A stretch of 64,000 nucleotides of DNA. Origin: Eledone cirrhosa (lineage: Eukaryota). The notes beneath the pieces were generated by a model, which was not told the origin of the DNA, did no database searches, and saw only the letters and a program-made list of their open reading frames with translations. Below, in pieces: positions 40,216-52,391 of this stretch (its first letter is position 1; each line of letters opens with the position of its first letter). The stretch spans positions 8,184,001-8,248,000 of the forward strand of contig OZ024761.1 in NCBI GenBank assembly GCA_964016885.1. Direction: 5' to 3'. The position numbers and the translations under genes are program-made.

Positions 40216-40828
40216 ATATGGTGGCTGCCAACTCGTTTTCGAGTACGGCCACTACTTTATATCCATGTAGGAGAACCTCTACCGATGCGCTGAACGAGTG
40301 TGACTTTTTAGTCCAGCCAGCGACTTGAAAACTCTGGTACAAACACTACACTTGTGACAATTATTGACACATAGTGCTGGGCCCATGGTACCATGTGACG
40401 ACAAGTGCAGAGAGATCTCCAGATATAAAGCAATGCCTGTGCCGTGAAGCTTTTATAGTGAGCAAAGGCACTGCACAAAGCCAGTCCCACTCTCTTAACC
40501 AAGATGATATTTACCAAAAAGAAGAACAAGTCAACATCATTGGATACCATCAGGGTTGCAGGTGTTATATCAGAGTTTTCCTTCTCTTAGAATTCTGCCT
40601 TGACAAAGGCTAAGGGGTCATCTCTCCCAGTGATTTTGGATGGCCATTGACTCTTAAGAGCTCCTTTGCCCTTCGACAGGTTTTGTTTTTAGTCCTGCAG
40701 GATGTCCAAAGTCACCCTCCTCACCAAGAAACCTTGGTGGGGTTGCCAGTTTAGTCGCCAACGACCCGACCATGAGACAGGTTGTACTGGGATACATGTT
40801 ACCAGTAGCACCAAGTGGTGACCTGACA
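40216..40828 (-). mobile_element. Bipartite RTE element, copy 2 (direct repeat of copy 1)
   Basis: Near-identical to 39085-39693. Confidence 0.75.
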
Positions 40829-40969
40829 CAAGTATATATACATATACATATATATATACATATACATATATATATACATATACATATATATACATATACA
40901 TATATATACACATATACATATACATATACATATATATATACATATATATACATATACATATATATACAT

Positions 40970-41086
40970 ATAGGAAAAAGTATGACCCAGACGGCAGAGC
41001 TCAAGCCGTTTCGACGGCTATTTCTGGACTGAAATAGCTGTCGAAATGGCTTGAGCTCTGCCGCCGGGGGTCATACTTTTTCCTAT
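40970..41086. repeat. About 55-bp-arm hairpin
   Basis: ataggaaaaagtatgaccc...gctatttc / gaaatagc...gggtcatactttttcctat. Confidence 0.9.
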
Positions 41087-41163
41087 TTCCCACTCTACTC
41101 CCCTAAGTATTGAGTACTCTGGTGCGTTATGGTCCATCTGGTTCCTTACCACAATTCCTTTGT

Positions 41164-41199
<36 letters not shown>

Positions 41200-41296
41200 A
41201 AATGAAGTAATTCCATCGGAAAAGTCCAGGAAAAAAGAGTGCTCTATGTAGGTAACAGAGCTTAATAGTTATGTAATAAACAACATAAGGCAATTA

Positions 41297-41357
41297 TTTC
41301 ATTTACCAGTGGTTTCTTAAAAGCAAAAAAATTTTGCTTTCAATCATCAGAATGAAA
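41297..41357 (-). ncRNA. Type I hammerhead ribozyme motif (left arm of palindrome)
   Basis: Reverse complement of 41422-41482. Confidence 0.65.
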
Positions 41358-41421
41358 AAATCCTGGTGTATTTATTGGCGTTGGTTTTTAAAATCCAACG
41401 CCAATAAATACGCCAGGATTT

Positions 41422-41482
41422 TTTCATTCTGATGATTGAAAGCAAATTTTTTTTGCTTTTAAGAAACCACTGGTAAATGAAA
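41422..41482 (+). ncRNA. Type I hammerhead ribozyme motif
   Basis: tttcatt-CTGATGA-[ttgaaagcaaa...tttgcttttaa]-GAAA-ccactgg-TA-aatgaaa; predicted cleavage after GUA at 41475. Confidence 0.7.
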
Positions 41483-41507
41483 TAATTGCCTTATGTTGTT
41501 TATTACA

Positions 41508-41553
<46 letters not shown>

Positions 41554-41588
41554 TATTGAAGTTTGCTTGAAGCATTGTGGAACAATAA

Positions 41589-42025
41589 GTAAATATTTAT
41601 AAGTCGTTTGGAAGCCTCGACAATGCAAATGGGTAAATCTCCGGGTAACAAGGTCCGGTGGTGGAGAGAGAGATATGTAAGTGGGTGTACGTTGAGATGC
41701 GTGGTGTGTATAAGATGTGTGAGATGTGTAGAATGAAGGGAAGAGTAAAAGGATAAAAATAATAATAACAACACAAGAGAGAGAGAGTTACCTTGGGAGA
41801 GATTTAATATTAAATCTCTCCCAAGGTAACTCTCTCTCTCTTGTGTTGTTATTATTATTTTTATCCTTTTACTCTTCCCTTCATTCTACACATCTCACAC
41901 ATCTTATACACACCACGCATCTCAACGTACACCCACTTACATATCTCTCTCTCCACCACCGGACCTTGTTACCCGGAGATTTACCCATTTGCATTGTCGA
42001 GGCTTCCAAACGACTTATAAATATT

Positions 42026-42028
<3 letters not shown>
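41589..42028. repeat. 440-bp spacerless palindrome
   Basis: Centre ttaat|attaa at 41808/41809; the ORF track shows the same peptide on both strands. Confidence 0.95.
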
Positions 42029-42056
<28 letters not shown>

Positions 42057-42094
42057 CATCATCACCGTCATTGTTGTAACATCTGCTTTCCCTA

Positions 42095-42780
42095 ATCAAC
42101 CCAAGTGCGTATGTCATGCAGAAGATAGAACATCTTGGTAGAGCAAGGGTTTTAAGGAAAGTCTTGTCTATGTAAGACACAGGATGCAGTGAGGGACCTT
42201 TGTCAACTTGTTGACTGCTCCCTAACTGAAATATCCAGATTGTTTAACATGTAAGAGTCTGAGATTTACAAAAATGAATAATAATTGTTTCTGATTCAGG
42301 GACAAAGCCAACAGCTTTTTTGAGGGAGGGGAAAGTCGATTAAATCGACCCCAATGCATTACTGGTGCGTTATTTTATCAACTCTGTAAGGATAGAAGGA
42401 AAAGCTAACCTTGGCAGGATTTGAACTTAGAACGTAAAGGGGTCATAACTATGCCACAAAGCATAGTGTCTGATGCTCTACCGATTCAGCCAATCTATTA
42501 ACAATATATTCCAGATGAGGCTGGATTATCAAAAGAGTTTATTGAGAAAAATGAATGATTGCAAAAAGAGAATCATTAAAAAAGAGAAAGCTGAAAGCAA
42601 GGAAGCGATGCTGTTATATGGTCAGTTTGAGAGGGACACAGAGGAAGTTAAGACAAAGGAATCATGGGATTGGCTAATTAGAGGAGATAGAAAGTTTGCT
42701 TATGGCTGCCGAGACCAGGCACTAAACATAAACTTAGAACGAGATAACATTTATAACGCCACTGTTGACAACAAAAGGTT
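42095..42780 (+). mobile_element. R4/Dong-like non-LTR fragments interrupted by a family-C SINE (42280-42495, minus)
   Basis: MQKIEHLGRARVLRKVL* and KESWDWLIRGD...DQALN resemble R4-clade C-terminal motifs. Confidence 0.5.
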
Positions 42781-42789
42781 TCTACCTAC

Positions 42790-43240
42790 ATACAAAAGGA
42801 CGACTCTATGATGGCTGTATGTAAAGTGCGATATTGCATGTCAATGAAAGATGGGCTGTGGCTGCAGAAGACGTGTAGACTGGAGAGAAATGAAGCAGTC
42901 ATGCTCTGTTGGATATGCAATGTAAATGTGAGAGAAAAGCAGAGCTTGGGTGAACTGGGGGAGAAACTGGGTTTAAGAGGAATCTGCGGTGGTGTGCAGG
43001 AGAGAAGACTGCGTTGATAAGTGATGTGCATGGATGATGATCGCTGGGTGAAGAAGTACAAGGAAATGCCAGTGGAGGGAAGCTGCAGTAGAGATAGACC
43101 AAGGTAGACCTAGGCAGAGGTAGTGAGAGCTGACCTTAGGTCACTAAAACTCACATAGCTGTAAAAAGGACATAGCAAGGGGAGAGATGCTGTACTGAAA
43201 AGGACCTGTCCAACTCATGTGTGGAAAAACAGACATAAAA

Positions 43241-43260
<20 letters not shown>
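42790..43260 (+). mobile_element. Diverged RTE family-1 3' fragment
   Basis: RLERNEAVMLCWICNVNVRE...GVQERRLR plus tail. Confidence 0.85.
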
Positions 43261-43272
<12 letters not shown>

Positions 43273-43418
43273 GGTGGTGATGAATCAAGTAGATTAAGGG
43301 AAGTGTAGGGTGTGTGGGGAAGGAGTTGAAGCTGTGCTGCACAATGGGAGTGCCTGTACAATAGTCACACAAAAAGATAAAAAAGGTATCCTGAAAAAAG
43401 TGAGTCATCTCCTGATGC

Positions 43419-43774
43419 TTAACCCTTTAGCATTCACATTATATATACTATTGTATTTTCATGGTAAAGGCTTTACCTCACATAATATCTCACATAACAT
43501 TTACATTACTCTATATATACTATTGTATTTTCATGGTAAAGGCTTTACCTCACATAATACCTCACATAACATTTACATTACTCTATATATACTATTGTAT
43601 TTTCATGGTAAAGGCTTTACCACGCATAATTATCTCACATAATATCGAATCTATGAGATTTTGAAAGTATTTATTTTGAGAACAATACCTTTTGTGACCA
43701 GTTACAGCCAGTTTCAACAGAAAAAGGTAGAGAATTCTGGCCGGTTTTGGCTGGTTTGAACATTAAAGGGTTAA
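43419..43774. mobile_element. TTAA MITE copy with internal tandem
   Basis: Same termini and body as 19913-20283. Confidence 0.8.
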
Positions 43775-43979
43775 GTCAAAAGTTCAGGTTTATAACTTGA
43801 AAATGGTGCCAGAATAAACTGGAAGATGCGACTTAATGAAAATACCCAAATTTTGTAGAATTTATGGTTCAAACAGAGAGAGTTATTCAGTACAGAAGAA
43901 CCCAATATCATTTTGATGGATAAGAAGATAAGAATGAGAAGTGTTAGATAATTGATGGAATAGTACTGGTGATATGAAA

Positions 43980-44320
43980 TCGCATGGCGTAGTGGTTAGA
44001 GCGCCAGGCTTACAATCATTAGATTGCGACTTCGATTCTCGGACCAGGCTTTGCGTTGTGTTCTTGAGCAAGACACTTTATTTCACATTGCTCCAGTTTA
44101 CTCAGCTGTAGAAATGAGTTGCTACATCATTAGTGCCAAGCTGTATCTGCCTTTCCCTTGGACAACATCGGTGGCGTGGAAAGGGGTGACTGGTATGTAT
44201 TGGGGACTGCTGTTCTTCCACAAACAACTTTGCCTGGACTTGTGCCTCGGAGGGGAACTTCCTAGGTGCAAATCCCATGGTCATTCAGGGCCAAAGGGGG
44301 TCTTTACCCTTTACCCTTAC
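43980..44320 (+). mobile_element. tRNA-head SINE family B
   Basis: tggcgtagtgg A-box, ttcgattc B-box, shared body, (ctttac)n-like tail. Confidence 0.8.
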
Positions 44321-44837
44321 TGGGGATGCGGGTGGGGTGGGGTGGAGTGAATCCTTTTATCAGAGGGAAGAAAAACGAAAACTTTGATGATTACTAAGTG
44401 GAGGGTTGAAATTGTTAGGGTGAAGGGCAAAAAAAAATGACCTTAAACCAGGTCTCGGGGTCGGTTATGGATAATACCCCCCCCCCCCTTCTTACCAAAC
44501 TCAACACAACTACTTGGCCCCTTGGGCAAATTTAACAGAGTCTCCATTGCAAGAATTCAAAGCAGGTCTCCAGTTTGAAGATAACTTACTCCCTTCATCA
44601 CACCTCTTTCAGAATCCCTGGGGGAGGGGGAAAGTCAATTAAATTGACCCCAGTGCATTACCGGTACTTTATTTTATCGACCCCGTAAGGATAAAAGGCA
44701 AAGTTAACCCCACCAGGATTTGAACTCAGATTGTAAAGGGGAGTAACTGCCACGAAGCATGTTGTCCGACACTCTACCGGTACTGCTAATCCACATTGAT
44801 ATGAATTAGATTAAAATCACATCTATTGAATGTCATT

Positions 44838-46190
44838 AACTGTTGTCTTGGTAACTGCTGCTGTTGGTGTTGGTGGTGTCTTGATAACTGCTGCTGTTGG
44901 TGGTGGTGTCTTGATAACTGCTGCTGTTGGTGGTGGTGCCTTGATAACTGCTGCTGGTACCTTGATAACTGCTGTTGGTGGTGGTGGTGGTGGTGTCTTG
45001 ATAACTGCTGCTGTTGGTGGTGGTGGTGTCTTGATAACTGCTGCTGTTGGTGGTGGTGTCTTGATAACTGCTGCTGTTGGTGGTGTCTTGATAACTGCTG
45101 CTGTTGGTGGTGGTGGTGGTGGTGTCTTGATAACTGCTGCTGTTGGTGGTGGTGTCTTGATAACTGCTGCTGTTGGTGGTGGTGGTGTCTTGATAACTGC
45201 TGCTGTTGGTGGTGGTGGTGTCTTGATAACTGCTGCTGTTGCTGGTGGTGGTGTCTTGATAACTGCTGCTGTTGCTGGTGGTGGTGTCTTGATAACTGCT
45301 GCTGTTGGTGGTGGTGGTGTCTTGATAACTGCTGCTGTTGCTGGTGGTGGTGTCTTGATAACTGCTGCTGTTGGTGGTGGTGGTGTCTTGATAACTGCTG
45401 CTGTTGCTGGTGGTGGTGTCTTGATAACTGCTGCTGTTGGTGGTGTTGGTGGTGCCTTGATAACTGCTGCTGTTGGTGGTGTTGGTGGTGTTTTGATAAC
45501 TGCTGCCGTTGGTGGTGTTGGTGGTGCCTTGATAACTGCTGTTGGTGGTGGTGGTGGTGGTGTTAACTGCTGCTGTTGGTGGTGCCTTGATAACTGCTGC
45601 TGTTGGTGGTGGTGTCTTGATAACTGCTGCTGTTGGTGGTGGTGGTGTCTTGATAACTGCTGCTGTTGGTGGTGGTGGTGTCTTGATAACTGCTGCTGTT
45701 GGTGGTGGTGGTGTCTTGATAACTGCTGCTGTTGGTGGTGGTGGTGTCTTGATAACTGCTGCTGTTGGTGGTGTCTTGATAACTGCTGCTGTTGGTGGTG
45801 TTGGTGGTGCCTTGATAACTGCTGCTGTTGGTGGTGTTGGTGGTGTTTTGATAACTGCTGCTGTTGGTGGTGTTGGTGGTGCCTTGATAACTGCTGCTGT
45901 TGGTGGTGGTGGTGTCTTGATAACTGCTGCTGTTGGTGGTGGTGGTGGTGGTGCCTTGATAACTGCTGCTGTTGCTGGTGGTGGTGCCTTGATAACTGCT
46001 GCTGTTGGTGGTGGTGCCTTGATAACTGCTGTTGTTGTTGGTGGTGGTGCCTTGATAACTGCTGTTGTTGTTGGTGGTGGTGCCTTGATAACTGCTGTTG
46101 TTGTTGGTGGTGGTGGTGGTGCCTTGATAACTGCTGTTGGTGGTGGTGGTGGTGGTGGTGGTGTTGTTAACTGCTGCTGATGGTGGTGTT
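44838..46190. repeat. About 30-bp minisatellite (cttgataactgctgctgtt(ggt)n)
   Basis: About 42 units built from triplets. Confidence 0.95.
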
Positions 46191-46688
46191 AGCTGTTTTC
46201 TGTGTGCAGATATTTCTCAAGTGGACACATTCCCATGTGTCTGCAGCTAGGGGAGATGAACCAATCCTAGCAAAACTTTTGTTTTTGTTAGACTAAAACG
46301 TAAATGTCTGAGACTGCTGTGACTGGTTTCATCTTAGATAGAGGGGAGTGTTAGGTGCGAGGAGAGGAGGGGGAGAGAGAGGGAGGATAGCTATGATGAG
46401 TGGGGGGGGGGGGGTGATAGCAAGAAATAGTGAGGAAGGGAAGGAGAAAAAGAGGAAGTGGTGGCTAGAAATAGTGAGGGAGGGAAGGAGAAAGAGAGGA
46501 AGTGGTGGCTAGAAATAGTGAGGGAGGGAAGGAGAAAGAGAGGAAGTGGTGGCTAGAAATAGTGAGGGAGGGGGAGAGAGAGAGTGAGACAGTAAGGGGA
46601 TGAGTGATAACAAGATATATATATATATATATACCCTAAGTATATATATATATATTTAGTTATGTCATAAACAACATAAGATAATTAT

Positions 46689-46748
46689 TTCATTTACCAG
46701 TGGTTTCTTGAAGGCAGATATTCACATGTCTTCAGTCATCAGAATGAA
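46689..46748 (-). ncRNA. Type I hammerhead ribozyme motif, divergent copy
   Basis: ttcatt-CTGATGA-[ctgaagaca...tgccttcaa]-GAAA-ccactgg-TA-aatgaa. Confidence 0.6.
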
Positions 46749-46821
46749 TAAATAACATCTATCTGTGGCCTACATAGAGCACTCTTTTCCTCTACCTTTC
46801 CTATGGGAATACTTCATTTAT

Positions 46822-46865
<44 letters not shown>

Positions 46866-46974
46866 AGAGAGAGGGGTGACCAACTTTTCAAAAGACAAAC
46901 AGAAAACAAGAGTGAGTTTCAGAGACGAAAGAAACAAAGATAGATGTGTGTTTGTACATGTATGTTATTTCCAT

Positions 46975-48196
46975 CCATTACTGATACTGTCTGTCAGTCA
47001 CAACTCCTGGTAGAAGAAAGGAGCTGATCATCAGATCAGACCAAAGAAACAATGTTTATATTGGTCTTTCCATTACTGATACTATCTGCCAGTCACAACT
47101 CCTGGCAGAAGAAAGGAGCTGATCATCAGATCAGACCAAGGAAACAATGTTTCCATTGGTCTTTCCATTACTGATACTGTCTGTCAGTCACAACTCCTGG
47201 CAGAAGAAAGGAGCTGATCATCAGATCAGACCAAAGAAACAATGTTTCCATTGGTCTTTCCATTACTGATACTGTCTGTCAGTCACAACTCCTGGCAGAA
47301 GAAAGGAGCTGATCATCAGATCAGACCAAAGAAACAATGTTTCTATTGGTCTTTCCATTACTGATACTGTCTGTCAGTCACAACTCCTGGCAGAAGAAAG
47401 GAGCTGATCATCAGATCAGACCAAAGAAACAATGTTTCCATTGGTCTTTCCATTACTGATACTGTCTGTCAGTCACAACTCCTGGCAGAAGAAAGGAGCT
47501 GATCATCAGATCAGACCAAAGAAACAATGTTTCTATTGGTCTTTCCATTACTGATACTGTCTGTCAGTCACAACTCCTGGCAGAAGAAAGGAGCTGATCA
47601 TCAGACCAGACCAAAGAAACAATGTTTCCATTGGTCTTTCCATTACTGATACTGTCTGTCAGTCACAACTCCTGGCAGAAGAAAGGAGCTGATCATCAGA
47701 TCAGACCAAAGAAACAATGTTTCTATTGGTCTTTCCATTACTGATACTGTCTGTCAGTCACAACTCCTGGCAGAAGAAAGGAGCTGATCATCAGATCAGA
47801 CCAAAGAAACAATGTTTCCATTGGTCTTTCCATTACTGATACTGTCTGTCAGTCACAACTCCTGGCAGAAGAAAGGAGCTGATCATCAGATCAGACCAAA
47901 GAAACAATGTTTCCATTGGTCTTTCCATTACTGATACTGTCTGTCAGTCACAACTCCTGGCAGAAGAAAGGAGCTGATCATCAGACCAGACCAAAGAAAC
48001 AATGTTTCCATTGGTCTTTCCATTACTGATACTGTCTGTCAGTCACAACTCCTGGCAGAAGAAAGGAGCTGATCATCAGATCAGACCAAAGAAACAATGT
48101 TTCCATTGGTCTTTCCATTACTGATACTATCTGTCAGTCACAACTCCTGGCAGAAGAAAGGAGCTGATCATCAGATCAGACCAAGGAAACAATGTT
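46975..48196. repeat. 95-bp tandem repeat, about 13 near-identical copies
   Basis: ccattactgata at 46975, 47070, 47165 and onward. Confidence 0.95.
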
Positions 48197-49789
48197 GCGG
48201 GTGGTTATCCTTTCATGTGACTTCAGGTGATTAACATAACCAGCCTTTTAGAGGAGTACACGCTGACAGAAATTTCATCTCCAACTACTGATGACTTCTT
48301 CAAGACTGTGAGCACAGCCCTTCCGGGCCTGACGCTTCAGTTGTTTATGTTCTAGATGACATTCCTCAAAAGTTTTGCAACTACTCTTTATGCACTTTCT
48401 TCACTCAGCTATCTCCTCCTAACTTAAAGCTATCTCCTCCCAGTTGTCTATATCAAATGCCAGCTCTTTGAGGTTGTTCTTGATGCTGCCCTTGTACCTC
48501 ATTTTCGGTTTGTGTTGAGGCCTTTTTCCAAGATGGAGCTCACCGTAAAAGAGTTGCTTCGGGATCCTGTTTTCTTTCATGCAGACGATATGTTCTGTCC
48601 AGCGCATTTGAGAAGATGTTACTAGAGACTCAATGGACATTCTGCTTTGATAAGGACATGGATGGCAGGAGGTCTGTCTTGCTACTTGATGTTGAATATG
48701 CCTTAGACATTTCTGTTGAAAACGCTCAAGCAATTTGGTGTGTTCGTAGAATAACATCCAGGTTTCGGCTAAGTATAAAAGAGCAGACAGAACACTTGAT
48801 CTATACACACATGTAATTTGCCCAAACTCTCATTCCCAATTTTCCGAAGGCAACAGAGGCCTTCTGGATGCGCAGATGTATTTCAGCACCCAAGGAGCCA
48901 TCATTTGAGAGTGGGCAACCCAAGTAGACAAAGTTATCTACTACTCCCAACCTGGTTCCATCAACCATAATATTGGGTTCAGTATATGGTCCTCCAGGAG
49001 AAGGGGTAAACATTACTTTGGTCTTTTTAAGGCTGATTGGAAACCCAAATGCTGTACACAAGGATGAGAAACGGTCCATAATGTGTTGCATGTCAGCTTC
49101 TGTGCGTGTTAGGTAGTCAGCATAAAGAAGGTCTTTAATCAAAGCTTGAAAAGTCTTGGCATTAAACCTTCTTAAGTTGAAAACCTTTCCAGTAGTTCTG
49201 AACCGTAAAAGAATGCCTCTGTCACAATCATACGAATATGTGTGAGCAAGACAGCCAAGAAGATGGAGAAAAGCGTAGGATCAGGAATATCACCTTGCTT
49301 TACCCCGTCGTCAATTAGGATTTTCCCAGATAGTTGATCATTGAAGGTAACTCGAGCTTTCATATTTCTCTGCAACTGCTTTAGAATTCTCACAAACTTG
49401 GGTGAACATCCTACTTTTCCAAGTATTATCCAGAGTGCCTCTCTGTTAACTGTATCAAAGGCCTTCATTAGGTCGACAAAGACTTGATATAGAGAGACAG
49501 ACTGCTCAATGCATTTTTCTTGTATTTGTCTTACAGAGAAATCATGTCAACTGTTCGCCTTCCTCTCCTAAAACCACTCTGTGATTCTGGGATAGCTATA
49601 GGACAGATATCCTCCTCCAGTCTGTGGAGCAAAAGTCTTGCAAGAACCTTGCCAACAGCTTCCAACAAAGTGATGCCACAGTAGTTTCCACATATCGATT
49701 TTTCACCTTTGCCTTTGTAAATGACAACAGAATACCGTTGATCCAGTCTTGCGGAACCGGGATCCCATTCCAGAAATCAATGATGAAGT

Positions 49790-50137
49790 TCATCATCATC
49801 ATTTTACGTCCGCTTTTCCCTGCTTGCAAGGGTGGGACGGGAACTGATTTTGGCTTGATTTCTACAGCTGGATGCCCTTCCTAACACCAACTTCATTTAC
49901 AGTGAGTGCTGGGTGCTTTTTTTGCCGTGGCACCTCCACGACCACTTTACAGTATGGGCTGGGTGCATTTTTGCCATGGCACCTCCATGTCCACTTTGCA
50001 GTGGAATGATAGGGACCCCAGTCCCTATCCTCTCATTTCTACAGCTGAGTAAACTGGAGCAATGTGAAATAAAGTGTCTTGCTCAAGGAAACAACACATC
50101 ACCCGGTCTGAGAATTGAACTCACAACCTTTCGATTG
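49790..50137 (-). mobile_element. SINE family A nested in the LINE
   Basis: Reverse complement of 19159-19492, 5' end clipped. Confidence 0.9.
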
Positions 50138-50497
50138 TTTATTGATTCTGTTACATTATCACCACCGACTTTCAGCAGTTCGACTGGGATACCATTTGGA
50201 CCTGATGCCTTGCCAGAGTTAACCTGCTTGACTGTCAGCTTTATTTCATCAACAGAGAGAAGTCTGTTTCATATTGAGGAAGGCCCTCTATCACTCTAAA
50301 ATTAACTGCTGATGGGTTGTCAAACAGGTCAGTAAAATGTTCCTCCCAATGTTGAAGGATTTTTGATGGCTCTTTGATGATGATATTGGTAACATCCTTA
50401 GATCTCAGAGGAGTTACTAAGGATGTTAGTGGGCCGAAGACTTGGCGTATCAATGAGTAAAATGACTTTGAATCTTTGGTATTAAAAGCCTCTCGAT

Positions 50498-50785
50498 GTA
50501 AAGTTATGTTGGTACCACAACATCCAGTCCTAAATAAATGAGGTCATGTAGGTGTCACAACAAAAAAAACACAGTCCACGCTGTAATGTGGCTGTGTAGG
50601 TAACACGGTAAAAACCTCCCAGTCCACACTGTAAATGTGGTTGGTGTTAGGAAGGGCATCCAGCCGTAGAAAACCCGCCAGACAGTCCTATACGAGCAAG
50701 ACAACCAATCTTGCCTCAAGTGGGAAAATTCCCGCCCAAACCCATACTAGCGTGGAAGATGGACATTAACCGATGATGATGATGA
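50498..50785 (+). mobile_element. RTE family-2 3' UTR fragment nested in the LINE
   Basis: Homologous to 58090-58390. Confidence 0.85.
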
Positions 50786-52391
50786 TATTACTCCATCACT
50801 CATTCTGCATCCTGCACAGTTTGCGTTGCAGTGTTGCCTTGTAATCTTTGTAGGCTTTCCTGACAGCTGGTTGTGCTACGGGATTCTGATTCAGGAGCTT
50901 TTCATAGAATGTGTGTTTGGTTTTCAGTTGCTGATTGATATTAGGATTGTTGTCATCGAACCAGTCTTGATGTTTCTTGGTTCTGAAGCCAAGTACTTCA
51001 GCTCCTACTGAGTAAACTTGAACTCTAAAGTTTTCCCAGGTACCATCAAAATCAAGACTATCAAATCTTTCCATTAGGGTTGCATGCACATCTGCTTGCC
51101 TCAGTTTGGTGACATCAATGCGTTTCAGTGCTTTCACTTCACTCATACAAATTCTTTTGCGGATACTCATCTTGAACTTTCCTCACACTAATTTGTGGTC
51201 AGTACCACATTATACACTACGCTACACACGCACTGTACACACATCACTTAGATTTCTTTTATGAGTGATGATGAAATCAATCATGTGTCCATGCTTGGAT
51301 CTTGGAGAATACAAGGTAGCTTTATATTTGAGCTTCTGACAGAAAAGAGTGTTGCAGATGGTTAAGTAAAGTCCTGAGCAGAGTTCAAGCAACCTCAGGC
51401 CACTGGTGTTCATTTTACCAATACCAAATAGACCAATGGCGCCTCATGTGTCATGGCCACTACCCACACAAGCATTAAAATCACCGAGAAGTAATAATTT
51501 ATCGTCAGCAGGTGTGCATGCTATGACAACAGGAAGAGACTCATAGAAAGAATCAAGGACCATCTCACTGGCCTGTAGAGTTGCTACATAAACAGATAGT
51601 GTTACGTAACAGCCATGTCTCAGAGGAATACAAAGCTTCATAATGTGATCAGTTATACCAGTAGGACATTCTATATGATCAAGCAGGGATGTTCTAATTG
51701 TGAAGCCAACACCGCCCTCTCTCCATTCAGCAATAGGTTTAACTACCCAAAAAAGAGAAAAGCCTGATGATACTTCTGTTAATTGATCTTCTTCTCAAGT
51801 GAGGCAAAGTAAGCTCTGGGAGCTTGTGTGTAGACTTGTGACTATAAGCTTCCAACTGGTCAGGCACACACACACACAGACAAACACACTGACACACACA
51901 AACACAGACATCAACACACAGTCACACAGACACACAGATCAACACACAGTCACACAGACACAGCAGCCAACACACATATGTTCATGGAATAAGAAATAAT
52001 AAGAAAGAAACACTGACTAAAACCAGATAAGATAAGAAACACTGATTGACTTCTTAACACTCCTGGTACAATTATTAAATATGCTTGGCTAATTCTCAGC
52101 TTTAGTTTCAAGTCATCTGATTAAGAACCATTTCTCAATTTCTAGTTTCAAGTAATCTGATTAAAAATCATCCATCTCTCAAATCTAGTTTCAAATCATC
52201 TGATTAAAAACCATTTCTCAATGTCTAGTTTCATGTAAACAGTGTAATGGGAAGTTGGAAAAAGGTTGCAAAGCAACATTATAAGAAAAAAAAAAAAAAA
52301 CACAAGATAAAAAAAAAATACACCTGCATTTGATGACAACATTGATGTAGAGTTTGAAACTAAAGAATTAACAGATTTAACAAAATCTCCA

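Larger units (their letters stand above)
48215..51830 (-). mobile_element. Degenerate RTE/BovB-like LINE with nested insertions
   Basis: LLLGDFNA endonuclease; KAFDTVNREALW, GVKQG, LLYAD RT; ENRIPKQLFYGEL C-terminus. Confidence 0.9.

Noticed and set aside
44585-44600. ATGAAGGGA|gtaagt as the AKAP10 first exon (minus)
   Set aside because: Phase 0 does not match the phase 1 acceptor at 32986, and it lies next to a SINE.
44826-46180. Gly/Val/Ala-rich or Cys/Trp-rich ORFs resembling a structural protein
   Set aside because: Triplet-built minisatellite with non-ATG starts and a frameshift. The candidate minus-strand acceptor near 46248 hits stops in all three frames.
52324-52359. 36-nt phase 1-1 mini-exon candidate (minus)
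   Set aside because: Weak donor (gtgtat) and no homology; cannot be supported without RNA data.
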